This document shows positions 11,994 through 25,081 of a stretch of DNA of 64,000 nt, in pieces. This DNA comes from Eledone cirrhosa (taxonomy: Eukaryota): contig OZ024744.1 of the NCBI GenBank assembly GCA_964016885.1, forward strand, positions 8,494,001 through 8,558,000, read 5' to 3'. The notes beneath the pieces are model-generated. The model was not told the DNA's origin. It made no database searches and saw only the letters and a list, made by a program, of their open reading frames with translations. How positions within the stretch are numbered: position 1 is the stretch's first letter; the number at the start of each line of letters is the position of its first letter. Both the position numbers and the translations under genes were made by a program.

Positions 11994-14900
11994 TATATTA
12001 AAGTGCGGTGGATGTTATAGTAGTGTGGTGGTGTATATTATAATAGTGTGGTGTATATTATAATAGTGTGGTGTATATTATAGTAGTGTGGCATATATTG
12101 CAATAGTGTGGTGTATATTATAGTAGTGTTGTATATATTATAGTAGTATGGCGGTGTATATTATAGTAGTGTGATATATATTATAGTAGTGTGGGGTCTA
12201 TTATAGTAGATTAGTATATATTATAGTAGTGTGGTGGTATATACTATAGTAGTGTGGTGTATATTATTTTAGTGTGGTGGTATATATTATAGTATTGTCG
12301 TATATATTATAGTAGTGTGGTAAATATTATATTAGTGTGTTGTATATTATAGTAGTACGGCATATATTATTGTAGAGTGGTACATGTTATAGTACTGTGT
12401 TATATATTATAGTAGTGTGTTGGTATATATTATAGTAGTGTAGAGTATATTATAGTAGTTTTGTGTATATTATAGTAGTGTGGTGTATATTATAGAAATG
12501 TGGTATATATTAATTTAGTGGGGTGTATATTATAGTTGTCTGGTATATATTATAATAGTGTGGTGTATATTATAGTAGTGTAGCGTATATTATTATAGTG
12601 TGGTATATATTACAGTAGTGTGGTTATATTATATTAGTGTGGTGTATATTATAGTAGAGTGGTGCATATATTATTGTAGTGTGGTATATATTATAGTATT
12701 GTGGTATATATTATAGTAGTGTTGTGTACATTATAATAGTGTGGTGTATATTATAGTAGTGTGGTGTATATTATAGTAGTGTGGTGGTATATATTATAGT
12801 AGTGTGGTATATATTATAGTAGTGTGGTGGAATGTATTATAGTAGTGTGGTATATATTATATTAGTGTGGTGTATATTATAGTAGGGTAATGGATATTAT
12901 AGTAGTGTTGTATATATTATAGTAGTGTTGTGTATATATATTATAGTAGTGTGGTATATATTATAGTATTGTGGTATATATTATTGTACTGTTGTGTATA
13001 TTATAGTAATATGGTATATTATAGTAGTGTGGTATATATTATAGTAGTGTGTTGTATATTATAGTAGTTTGATATATATTATAGAAGTTTGGTATATATT
13101 ATAGTAGTGTGGTATACATTATATAGTAGTGTGGTATACATTATATAGTAGTGTGGTATACATTATAGCGCCATATATATTGTAGTAGTGTGGTGTATGT
13201 TATAATAGTGTGGTGGTGTATATTATATTAGTGTGGTGTATATTATAATAGGGTGCTGTATATTATAGTTGTGTGATATATATTATAGTAGTGCGGTATA
13301 TATATATTATAGTAGAGTGGTATATATTATAGTAGTGTGATGGCATATATTATAGTAGTGTGGTATATATTAGTGTAGTGTGGTATATATTATGGTAGTG
13401 TGGTGTATATTATAGTAGTGTGGTATATATTACAGTAGTGTGGTCTATATTATATTAGGCTGGTAGTAGTAGTATGGTATATATTATAGTAGTGTGGTGT
13501 ATATTATAGTAGTGTGGTGCATATATTATTGTAGTGTGGTATATTTTATAGTATTGTGGTATATATTATAGTAGTGTTGTGTATATTATTTTAGTGTGCT
13601 GTATATTATAGTAGTGTAGTGTATATTATAGTAGTGTGGTGGTATATATTATAGTAGTGTGGTGTATATTATAGTACTGTGGTGCATATATTATTGTAGT
13701 GTGGTATATTTTATAGTATTGTGGTATATATTATAGTGGTGTGGTGGTATATATCATAGTAGTGTGATATATATTATATTTGTGTGGTCTATATTATGGT
13801 AGGTTAATGGATATTATAATAGTGTTGTATATATTATAGAAGTGTGTTGGTGTATATAATAGTAATGTGGTAAATATTATAGTAGTGTGGTATAAATTAT
13901 AGTAGTGTGGTGGTATATATTATAGAAGTGTGGTTTATATTATATCAGTCCGGTGTATATTATAGCAGTGTGGTATATATTATAGTACTGTGGTGTACAT
14001 TATAGTAGTGTGATATATATTATAGTAGTGTGGTATATATTATAGTAGTGTGCTGTATGTTATAAATATGTGGTGGTGTATATTATAGTAGTGTGTTGTA
14101 TATTATAATAGTGTGGTCTATATTATTGCAGTCTTGTGAATATTATAGTAGTGTGGCATATATTATAGTAGTTTTGTGTATATTACAGTAGTGTTGTGTA
14201 TATTATAGTAGTGTGGTATATATTATAGTATTGTGCTGGTATATATTATATTAGTGTGGTATATATTACAGTAGTATGATTTATATTAATTAGGTGTGGT
14301 ATATATTATAGTAGTCTGGTATATATTATAGTAGTGTGGTGTATGTTATAGTAGTTGGGGTGTATATCATAGTAGTGTAGCGTATATTACTGTAGTGTGG
14401 TATCTATTACAGTAGTGTGGTTTATATTATAGTAGTGTGGTATATATTGCACTAGTATGGTGTATATTATAGTAGTGTGCTGTATATTATAGTAGTGTAG
14501 CGTATATTATTATAGTGTGGTATATATTACAGTAGTGTGGTTATATTATATTAGTGTGGTGTATATTATAGTAGAGTGGTGCATATATTATTGTAGTGTG
14601 GTATATATTATAGTATTGTGGTATATATTATAGTAGTGTTGTGTACATTATAATAGTGTGGTGTATATTATAGTAGTGTGGTGTATATTATAGTAGTGTG
14701 GTGGTATATTTTATAGTAGTGTGGTATATATTATAGTAGTGTGGTGGAATGTATTATAGTAGCGTGCTATATATTATAGTAGTGTGGTATAGATTATTGT
14801 AGTGTGGTGGTATATATTATAGTAGTGTGGTATATATTATATTAGTGTGGTGTATATTATAGTAGGGTAATGGATATTATAGTAGTGTTGTATATATTAT

Positions 14901-17900
14901 AGTAGTGTTGTGTATATATATTATAGTAGTGTGGTATATATTATTGTATTGTGGTATATATTAATGTACTGTTGTGTATATTATAGTAATATGGTATATT
15001 ATAGTAGTGTGGTATATATTATAGTAGTGTGTTGTATATTATAGTAGTTTGATATATATTATAGAAGTTTGGTATATATTATAGTAGTGTGGTATACATT
15101 ATATAGTAGTGTGGTATACATTATATAGTAGTGTGGTATACATTATAGCGCCATATATATTGTAGTAGTGTGGTGTATGTTATAATAGTGTGGTGGTGTA
15201 TATTATATTAGTGTGGTGTATATTATGATAGGGTGCTGTATATTATAGTTGTGTGATATATATTATAGTAGTGCGGTATATATATATTATAGTAGAGTGG
15301 TATATATTATAGTAGTGTGATGGCATATATTATAGTAGTGTGGTATATATTAGTGTAGTGTGGTATATATTATGGTAGTGTGGTGTATATTATAGTAGTG
15401 TGGTATATATTACAGTAGTGTGGTCTATATTATATTAGGCTGGTAGTAGTAGTATGGTATATATTATAGTAGTGTGGTGTATATTATAGTAGTGTGGTGC
15501 ATATATTATTGTAGTGTGGTATATTTTATAGTATTGTGGTATATATTATAGTAGTGTTGTGTATATTATTTTAGTGTGCTGTATATTATAGTAGTGTGGT
15601 GTATATTATAGTAGTGTGGTGGTATATATTATAATAGTGTGGTGTATATTATAGTACTGTGGTGCATATATTATTGTAGTGTGGTATATTTTATAGTATT
15701 GTGGTATATATCATAGTAGTGTGATATATATTATATTTGTGTGGTCTATATTATGGTAGGTTAATGGATATTATAATAGTGTTGTATATATTATAGTAGT
15801 GTGTTGGTGTATATAATAGTAATGTGGTAAATATTATAGTAGTGTGGTATAAATTATAGTAGTGTGGTGGTATATATTATAGAAGTGTGGTTCATATTAT
15901 ATCAGTCCGGTATATATTATAGTAGTGTGTTGTATATTATAATAGTTTGGTCTATATTATTGCAGTCTTGTGAATATTATAGTAGTGTGGTATATATTAT
16001 AGTATTGTGCTGGTATATATTATATTAGTGTGGTATATATTACAGTAGTATGATTTATATTAATTATGTGTGGTATATATTATAGTAGTCTGGTATATAT
16101 TATAGTAGTGTGGTGTATGTTATAGTAGTTGTGGTGTATATCATAGTAGTGTAACGTATATTACTGTAGTGTGGTATCTATTACAGTAGTGTGGTTTATA
16201 TTATAGTAGTGTGGTATATATTGCACTAGTATGGTGTATATTATAGTAGTGTGCTGTATATTATAGTAGTGTGGTATATATTATAGTAGTGTGGTGTATA
16301 TTATAGTAGTTTGGTATATATTATAGTAGTGTGGTGCTATATACTATAGTAGTGTGGTGTATATCATTGTAGTGTGGTGGTATATATTACAGTAGTGTGG
16401 TGTATATTACAGTAGTATGGTAAATATTATATTAGTGTGTTATATATTATAGTAGTGTAGCTTATATTATAGTAATGTGGTATATATTACAGTAGTGTGG
16501 TATATATTATATTAGGGTGGTTGTATATATTAGAGTAATGTGGTGTATATTATAGTAGTGTGGTGTATATTATAGTAGTTTGGTGTATATTATAGTAGTG
16601 TAGTGTATATTATAGTAGCGTGGTGGTATATATTATAGTAGTGTGTGTTATATTATTATAGTGTGGTACATGTTATAGTATTGTGTTATATATTATAGTA
16701 TTGTGGTGGTATATATTATAGTAGTGTGCTATATATTATAGTAGTGTGGTGGTATATATTATAGTAGTTTGGTATATATTATAGTAATGCGGTGGTATAT
16801 ATTATAGTAGTGTGGTATATATTATATTAGTGTGGTGTATATTATTGTAGGGTAATGGATATTATAGTAGTGTGGTGTAGATTATAGTAGTGTGGAATAT
16901 ATTATGTTAGTGTGGTGTATATTAGAGTAATGTGGTATATATTATAGAAGTGTGGTATATATTATAGTAGTGTGGTGGTATATATTATAGTAGTCTGCTG
17001 TATATTATAGTAGGGTGGTATATATTATAGTAATGTGGCATATATTATTTTAGTGTGGTATATATTATAGTAGTGTGGTAAATATATATTATAGTAGTGT
17101 GGTTTAAATTATAGTAGTGTGGTGTATCTTAAAGTAGTGTGGTATATATTATAGTAGCGTGGTGGTATATATTATAGTAGTGTGGTACATATTATAGTAG
17201 TGTGGTATATATTATATTAGTGTGGTGTATATTATAGTACTGTGGTATATATTATAGTATTGTTGTATATACTATAATAGTGTTGTGTATATTATTTTAG
17301 TATGGTGTATATTATAGTAGTTTGGTGTATATTATAGTAGTGTAGTGTATATTATAGTAGTGTGGTGGTATATATTATAGTAGTGTGTGTTATATTATTA
17401 TAGTGTGGTACATGTGATAGTACTGTGTTATATATTATAGTATTGTGGTGGTATATATTATAGTAGTGTGGTATATATTATAGTAGTGTGGTGGTATATA
17501 TTATAGTAGTGTGGTATACATTAGAGTAGTGTGGTATATATTATATTAGTGTGGTGGTATATATTATAGTAGTGTGGTATATTTTATATTAGTGTGGTGT
17601 ATATTATAGTAGGGTAATGGATATTATAGTAGTGTTGTATATATTATAGTAGTGTGATAGTGTATATTATAGTAGTGTGGTATATATTATAGTAGTGTGG
17701 TATATATTATAGTAGTCCGGTATATAGTATAGTAGTGTGGTGTATGTTATAATAGTGTGGTGTATATTATAGAAGTGTGGTATATATTATATTAGTGTGG
17801 TGTAGATTATAGTAATGTGGTGTATGTTCACAGTAGTGTGGTATATTTTATAGTAGTGTGTTGGTATATAATATAGAAATGTGGTATATATTATAGCATT

Positions 17901-20900
17901 CTTGTGTATATTATAGTATTGTTGTATATATTACAGTAGTATGGTGTATATTATAGTATTGTGGTATATATTGTTGTAGTGTGGTATACATTATATTAGT
18001 GCTGTATATATTATAGTAGTGTGGTGTATATTATAATTGAGTGGTGGTGTATATTATAGTAGTGTGGTGTATATTATAATAGTGTGGTGTACATTATAGT
18101 AGTGTGGTGTAGATTATAGTAGTGTGGTGTAGATTATAGTAGTGTGGAATATATAATGTTAGTGTGGTGTATATTAGAGTAATGTGGTATATATTATAGA
18201 AGTGTTGTATATATTATAGTAGTGTGGTGGTATATATTATAGAAGTGTGGTATATATTATAGTAGTCTGGTGTATATTATAGTAGGGTGGTATATATTAT
18301 AGTAGTGTTGTGTACATTATAGTAGTGTGATATATTATAGTAATGTGGTATATATTATTTTAGTGTGGTATATATTATAGTAGTGTGGTAATTATATATT
18401 ATAGTAGAGTGGTATAAATTATAGTAGTGTGGTGTATCTTATAGTAGTGTGGTATATATTATAGTAGAGTGGTGGTATATATTATAGTAGTGTGGTACAT
18501 ATTATAGTAGTGTGGTGTATATTATAGTAGGATAATGGATATTATAGTAGTGTGTTATATGTATAGTAGTGTGGTATATATTATATTAGTGTGGTGTATA
18601 TTATAGTAGGATAATGGATATTATAGTAGTGTGTTATATGTATAGTAGTGTGGTATATATTATAGTAGTGTGGTCGTATATATTATAGAATTATGGTATA
18701 TATTATAGAAGTCTGGTGTATATTATAGTAGTGTGTAATATACTACAGTAGTGTGGTATATATTAGATTAGGGGGGTTGTATATATTATAGTAGTGTGGT
18801 ATATATTATAGTAATCAGGTATATATTATATAATGTGGTGTATATTATAGTAGTGTTGTGTATATTATAGTAGTTTGGTGTATATTATAGTAATGTGGTC
18901 GTATATATTATAGTAGTGTGGTATATATTACAGTAGTGTGGTGGCATGTATTATATTAGTGTGGTATATATTATAGTAGTGTGGTGGTATATGTTATAGT
19001 AGTGTGGTATATATTATATTATTGTGGTAAATATTATATTAGTGTGGTGTATATTATAGTAGGGTAATGTATATTATAGTAGTGTGGTGTATATTAGAGT
19101 AGTGTGGTGTATTTTATAGTAATGTGGTACATATTATATTAGTGTGTTGTATATTATAGTAGTGTGGTATATATTATAGTAGTGCGGTATATATTATAGT
19201 TTTGTGGTATATGTTATATTAGTGTGGTGGTGTATATTATACTAGTGCGGTATATATTATAATAGTGTGGTGTATATTATAGTAGTGTGGTATATATTAT
19301 ATTAGTGTGGTGTATATTCTAGTAGGGTAATGTATGTTAGAGTAGTGTGATGGTGTATATTTGTAATGTGGTATATATTATAGTAGTGTGGTATATATTA
19401 TTGTAGTGTGGTGGTATATATTATAGCAGTCTGGTATATATTATAGTAGTTTGGTATATATTATCGTAGTGTGGTGTCTGTTATAGTAGTGTGGTGGTGT
19501 ATATTATAGTAGTGTGCTTTATATTATAGTAGCGTGGTGTATATTATAATAATGTGGTGTAGAGTATCATATTGTGGTGTATATTATAGAAGTGTGGTAT
19601 ATATTATATTAGTGTGGTGTATATTATAGTAGTGTGGTATATATTATAGTATTGTGCTATATATTAGAGTAGTGTGGTGTATGTTATAGTAGTGTAGTGG
19701 TGTATAGTATAGTAGTGTAGCATATATTATAGTAGTGTGGTATATATTACAGTAGTGTGGTATATATTATAGTAGTGTGGTGTATATTATAATTGAGTGG
19801 TAGTGTATATTATAGTAGTGTGGTGTATATTATAATAGTGTGGTGTATATTATAGTAGTGTGGTCTAGATTATAGTAGTGTGGAATATATTATGTTAGTG
19901 TGGTGTATATTATAGTAATGTGGTGGTATATATTATAGAAGTGTGGTATATATTATAGTAGTCTGGTGTATATTATAGTAGTGTGGTATATATAATAGTA
20001 GTGTGGTGTATATTATAGTAGTGTGATATATATTATAGTAATGTGGCATATATTATTTTAGTGTGTTATATATTATAGTAGTCAGGTATATATATATTAT
20101 AGTAGTGTGGTATAAATTATAGTAGTGTGGTGTATCTTATAGTAGTGTGGTATATATTATAGTAGCGTGGTGGTATATATTATAGTAGTGTGGTACATAT
20201 TATAGTAGTGTGGTATATATTATATTAGTGTGGTGTATATTATAGTAGGATAATGGATATTATAGTAGTGTAGTATATATTATAGTAGTGTGGGGATATA
20301 TATTATAGTAGTGTGGTATATATTATATTAGTGTGCTGTATATTATAGTAGGATAATGGATATTATAGTAATGTGGTATATGTTATAGTAGTGTGGTATA
20401 TATTATCGTAGTGTGGTGGTATATATTATAGAAGTATGGTATTCATTATAGAAGTCTGGTGTATATTATAGTAGTGTGGCATATATTATTGTAGTGTTGT
20501 GTATATTATAGTAGTGTGATATATATTATAGTAGTTTGGTATATATTATAGTAGTGTAGCGTATATTATAGTAGTGTGGTATATATTACAGTAGTGTGGT
20601 ATATATTATATTAAGGTGGTTGTATATATTATAGTAGTGTGGTATACATTATAGTAGTGTGGTATATATTATAGTAGTTTTGTGTATATTATAGTAGTGT
20701 GGTGTATATTATAGTAGTGTGGTCTTTATTATAGAAGTGTGGTATACATTATAGTAGTGTGGTGTATATTATAATAGTGTGGTGTATATTATAGTAGTTT
20801 GGTGTATATTATAGTAATGTGGTGTTATATATTTTAGTAGTGTGGTATTTACTATAGTAGTGTGGTGGCATGTATTATATTAGTGTGGTATATATTATAG

Positions 20901-23900
20901 TAGTGTGGTATATATTATATTAGTGTGGTAAATATTATATTAGTGTGGTGTACATTATAGTAGGGTAATGTATATTATAGTAGTGGTGTATATATTATAG
21001 TAGTGTGGTGGTGTATATTATAGTAATGTGGTTATATTATAGTAGTGTGCTATATATTATAGTAGGGTAATGGATATCATAGTTGTGTGTTGGTGTATAT
21101 TTGTAATGTGGTATATATTATAGTAGTGTGCTATATATTATAGCAGTTTGGTGGTATATATTATAGCAGTCTGGTGTATATTATAGTAGTTTGGTGTATA
21201 TTTAAGTAGTGTGGTGTATATTATTGTAGTGTGGTATATATTAATTTAGTATGGTGTATATTATAGTAGTCAGGTATATATTATAATAGTGTGGTGTAGT
21301 AGTGTGGTATATATTATAGTAGTGTGGTGTATATTATAGTAGTGTGGTGCATATATTATTGTAGTGTGGTATATATTATAGTATTGTGGTATATATTATA
21401 GTACTGTTGTGTATATTATAGTAGTGTGGTGTATATTATAATAGTGTGGTGTATATTATAGTAGTGTGGTGGTATATATTATAGTAGTGTTGTATATATT
21501 ATATTAGTGTGGTGTATATTATAGTAGGGTAATGGATATTATAGTAGTGTTGTATATAATATAGTAGTGTGGTGGTGTATATTATAGTAATATGGTATAT
21601 ATTATAGTAGTGTGGTATATATTATAGTAGTGTGGTGGTATATATTATAGAAGTGTGTTATATATTATACTAGTGTGGTGTATGTTATAATAGTGTGTTG
21701 CTCTATATTATAGTAGTGTGTTGTATATTATAATAGTATGCTGTATATTACAGTAGTGTGGTGCTGTATATTATAGTAGTGTGTTGTATGTTATAATTAT
21801 ATACTGTATATTATAGTAGTGTGCTGTTTATTATAGTAGTGTGGTATATATTACAGTAGTGTGGTGTATACTATAGTAATGTGGTATATATTATAGTATT
21901 GTGGTATATATTATAGTAGTGTGGTGTATATTATAGTAGTGTGGTATTTATTATAGTAATGTGCTATATATTACACTAGTGTGGTGTATATTATAGTAGT
22001 GTGCAGTATATTATAGTAGTGTTGTGTATATTACAGTAGTGCGGTATATATTATAGTAGTGTGGTATATATTATAGTAGTGTAGTGTTGTATATTATTGT
22101 CGTGTGGCATATATTATAGTAGTGTGATATATATTATAGTAGTGTGGTGTATATTAAAGTAGTTTGGAATATATTATAGTAGTGTGGTGTATATTATTGT
22201 AGTGTGGTGGTATATATTATAGTAGTGTGGTATATATTATAGTAGTGTGGTAAATATTATATTAGATGTTATATATCATAGTAGTGTGGTATATATTATT
22301 GTAGTGTGGTATATGTTATAGTACTGTTTTATATATTATAGTAGTGTGGTGGTATATATTATAGTAGTGTGGTGTATATTAGAGTAGTGTAGCGTATATT
22401 AGAGTAGTCTGGTATATATTACAGTAGTGTGGTATATATTATATTAGGGTGGTTGTATATATTATAGTAATGTGGTGTATATCATAGTAGTGTTGTGTAT
22501 ATTATAGTAGTTTTCTGTATATTATAGTAGTGTGGTATATATTATAGTAGTGTGGGGTATATTATAGTAGTGTGGGAATATATTAATGTACTGCGGTGTA
22601 TATTATTGCAGTCAGGTATATATTATGATAGTGTGGTGTAGTAGTGTGTTATATATTACATAGTGTGGTATATATTATAATAGGGTGGTGTTAGTAGTGT
22701 TATATATATTATAGTAACGTGGTGTATATTATAGTAGTGTGGTGCATATATTATTGTAGTTGGTATATATTATAGCATTGTTGTATATATTATTGTAGTG
22801 TTGTCTATATTATAGTAGTGTGGTGTATATTATAGTAGTGTGCTGTATATTATAGTAGTGTGGTGGTATATATTATAGTAGTGTGGTATATATTATATTA
22901 GTGTGGTGTATATTATGGTAGGGTAATGGATATTATAGTAGTGTGGTATATATATTTTAGTAATGTAGTATATATTATAGTAGTGTTGTCTATATTATAG
23001 TAGTGTGATAGATATTATAGTAGTGTGGTATATATTATAGTAGTGTGGTGTATGTTATAATAGAGTGGTGGTGTATATTATAGTAGTGTGGTGTATATTA
23101 TATTAGTGTGGTGTATATTATAGTAGTGTGGTGTAGATTATAGTAGTGTGGAATATAATAAGTTTGTGCGTTGTATATTATTGTAATGTGGTATATATTA
23201 TAGTAGTGTGGTGTATATTATAGTAGTGTGGTATTTATTATAGTAATGTGCTATATATTACACTAGTGTGGTGCATATTATAGTAGTGTGCAGTATATTA
23301 TAGTAGTGTGGTGTATATTACAGTAGTGCGGTATATATTATAGTAGTGTGGTATATATTATAGTAGTGTAGTGTTGTATATTATTGTCGTGTGGCATATA
23401 TTATAGTAGTGTGATATATATTATAGTAGTGTGGTGTATATTAAAGTAGTTTGGAATATATTATAGTAGTGTGGTGTATATTATTGTAGTGTGGTGGTAT
23501 ATATTATAGTAGTGTGGTATATATTATAGTAGTGTGGTAAATATTATATTAGATGTTATATATTATAGTAGTGTGGTATATATTATTGTAGTGTGGTATA
23601 TGTTATAGTACTGTTTTATATATTATAGTAGTGTGGTGGTATATATTATAGTAGTGTGGTGTATATTAGAGTAGTGTAGCGTATATTAGAGTAGTCTGGT
23701 ATATATTACAGTAGTGTGGTATATATTATATTAGGGTGGTTGTATATATTATAGTAATGTGGTGTATATCATAGTAGTGTTGTGTATATTATAGTAGTTT
23801 TCTGTATATTATAGTAGTGTGGTATATATTATAGTAGTGTGGGGTATATTATAGTAGTGTGGGAATATATTAATGTACTGCGGTGTATATTATTGCAGTC

Positions 23901-24679
23901 AGGTATATATTATGATAGTGTGGTGTAGTAGTGTGTTATATATTACATAGTGTGGTATATATTATAATAGGGTGGTGTTAGTAGTGTTATATATATTATA
24001 GTAACGTGGTGTATATTATAGTAGTGTGGTGCATATATTATTGTAGTTGGTATATATTATAGCATTGTTGTATATATTATTGTAGTGTTGTCTATATTAT
24101 AGTAGTGTGGTGTATATTATAGTAGTGTGCTGTATATTATAGTAGTGTGGTGGTATATATTATAGTAGTGTGGTATATATTATATTAGTGTGGTGTATAT
24201 TATGGTAGGGTAATGGATATTATAGTAGTGTGGTATATATATTTTAGTAATGTAGTATATATTATAGTAGTGTTGTCTATATTATAGTAGTGTGATAGAT
24301 ATTATAGTAGTGTGGTATATATTATAGTAGTGTGGTGTATGTTATAATAGAGTGGTGGTGTATATTATAGTAGTGTGGTGTATATTATATTAGTGTGGTG
24401 TATATTATAGTAGTGTGGTGTAGATTATAGTAGTGTGGAATATAATAAGTTTGTGCGTTGTATATTATTGTAATGTGGTATATATTATAGTAGTGTGGTA
24501 CATATTATAGTAGTGTGGTTTATATTATAGAAGTGTGGTATATATTATAGTAGTCTGGTGTATATTATGGTAGTGTGGTATATATTATATTATTGCGGTG
24601 TATATTATAGTAGTGTGATATATATTATAGTAGTGTTGTATATATTATTGTAGTGTGGTATATATTATAATAGTGTGGT
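11994..24679. repeat. 20-bp minisatellite (block 4) containing kb-scale tandem duplications
   Basis: Same monomer; diagnostic variant strings recur at offsets of 1980 bp and 1287 bp. Confidence 0.97.
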
Positions 24680-24779
24680 ATCATCATCATCATCAGGTTT
24701 AGCGTCCGTGTTCCACGCTTGCATTGGTTTGGACGGGGGTTTTCCCACTTGAGGCAAGAGTGGTTGTCTTGCTCACATA

Positions 24780-25010
24780 GGACTGTCTGGCGGGTTTTCT
24801 ACAGTTGGATGCCCTTCCTAACACCAATCACATTTACAGTGTGGGGCTGGGAGTTTTTTACCGTCTTGCCTACACGGCCACATTACAGAGTGGACTGTCT
24901 GGCGGGTTTTCTACAGTTGGATGCCCTTCCTAACACCAACCACATTTACAGTGTGGGGCTGGGAGGTTTTTACCGTGTTGCCTACACGGCCACATTTACA
25001 GCGTGGACTG
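24780..25010. repeat. ~112-bp tandem duplication in the RTE2 3'UTR
   Basis: GGACTGTCTGGCGGGTTTT(T)CTACAGTTGGATGCCCTTCCTAACACCAA... starts at 24780 and 24892; GGACTG recurs at 25005. Confidence 0.9.
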
Positions 25011-25081
25011 TGTGTTTTTTTGTCGTGACACCTACACGATCTCATTTGTTTCGGCCTGGATGTTGTGGGACCAACATAACT

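Noticed and set aside
1-24679. Canonical telomeric repeat or telomerase product
   Set aside because: No (TTAGGG)n arrays. Monomers are heterogeneous and propagate as kb-scale duplications, unlike templated telomerase addition.
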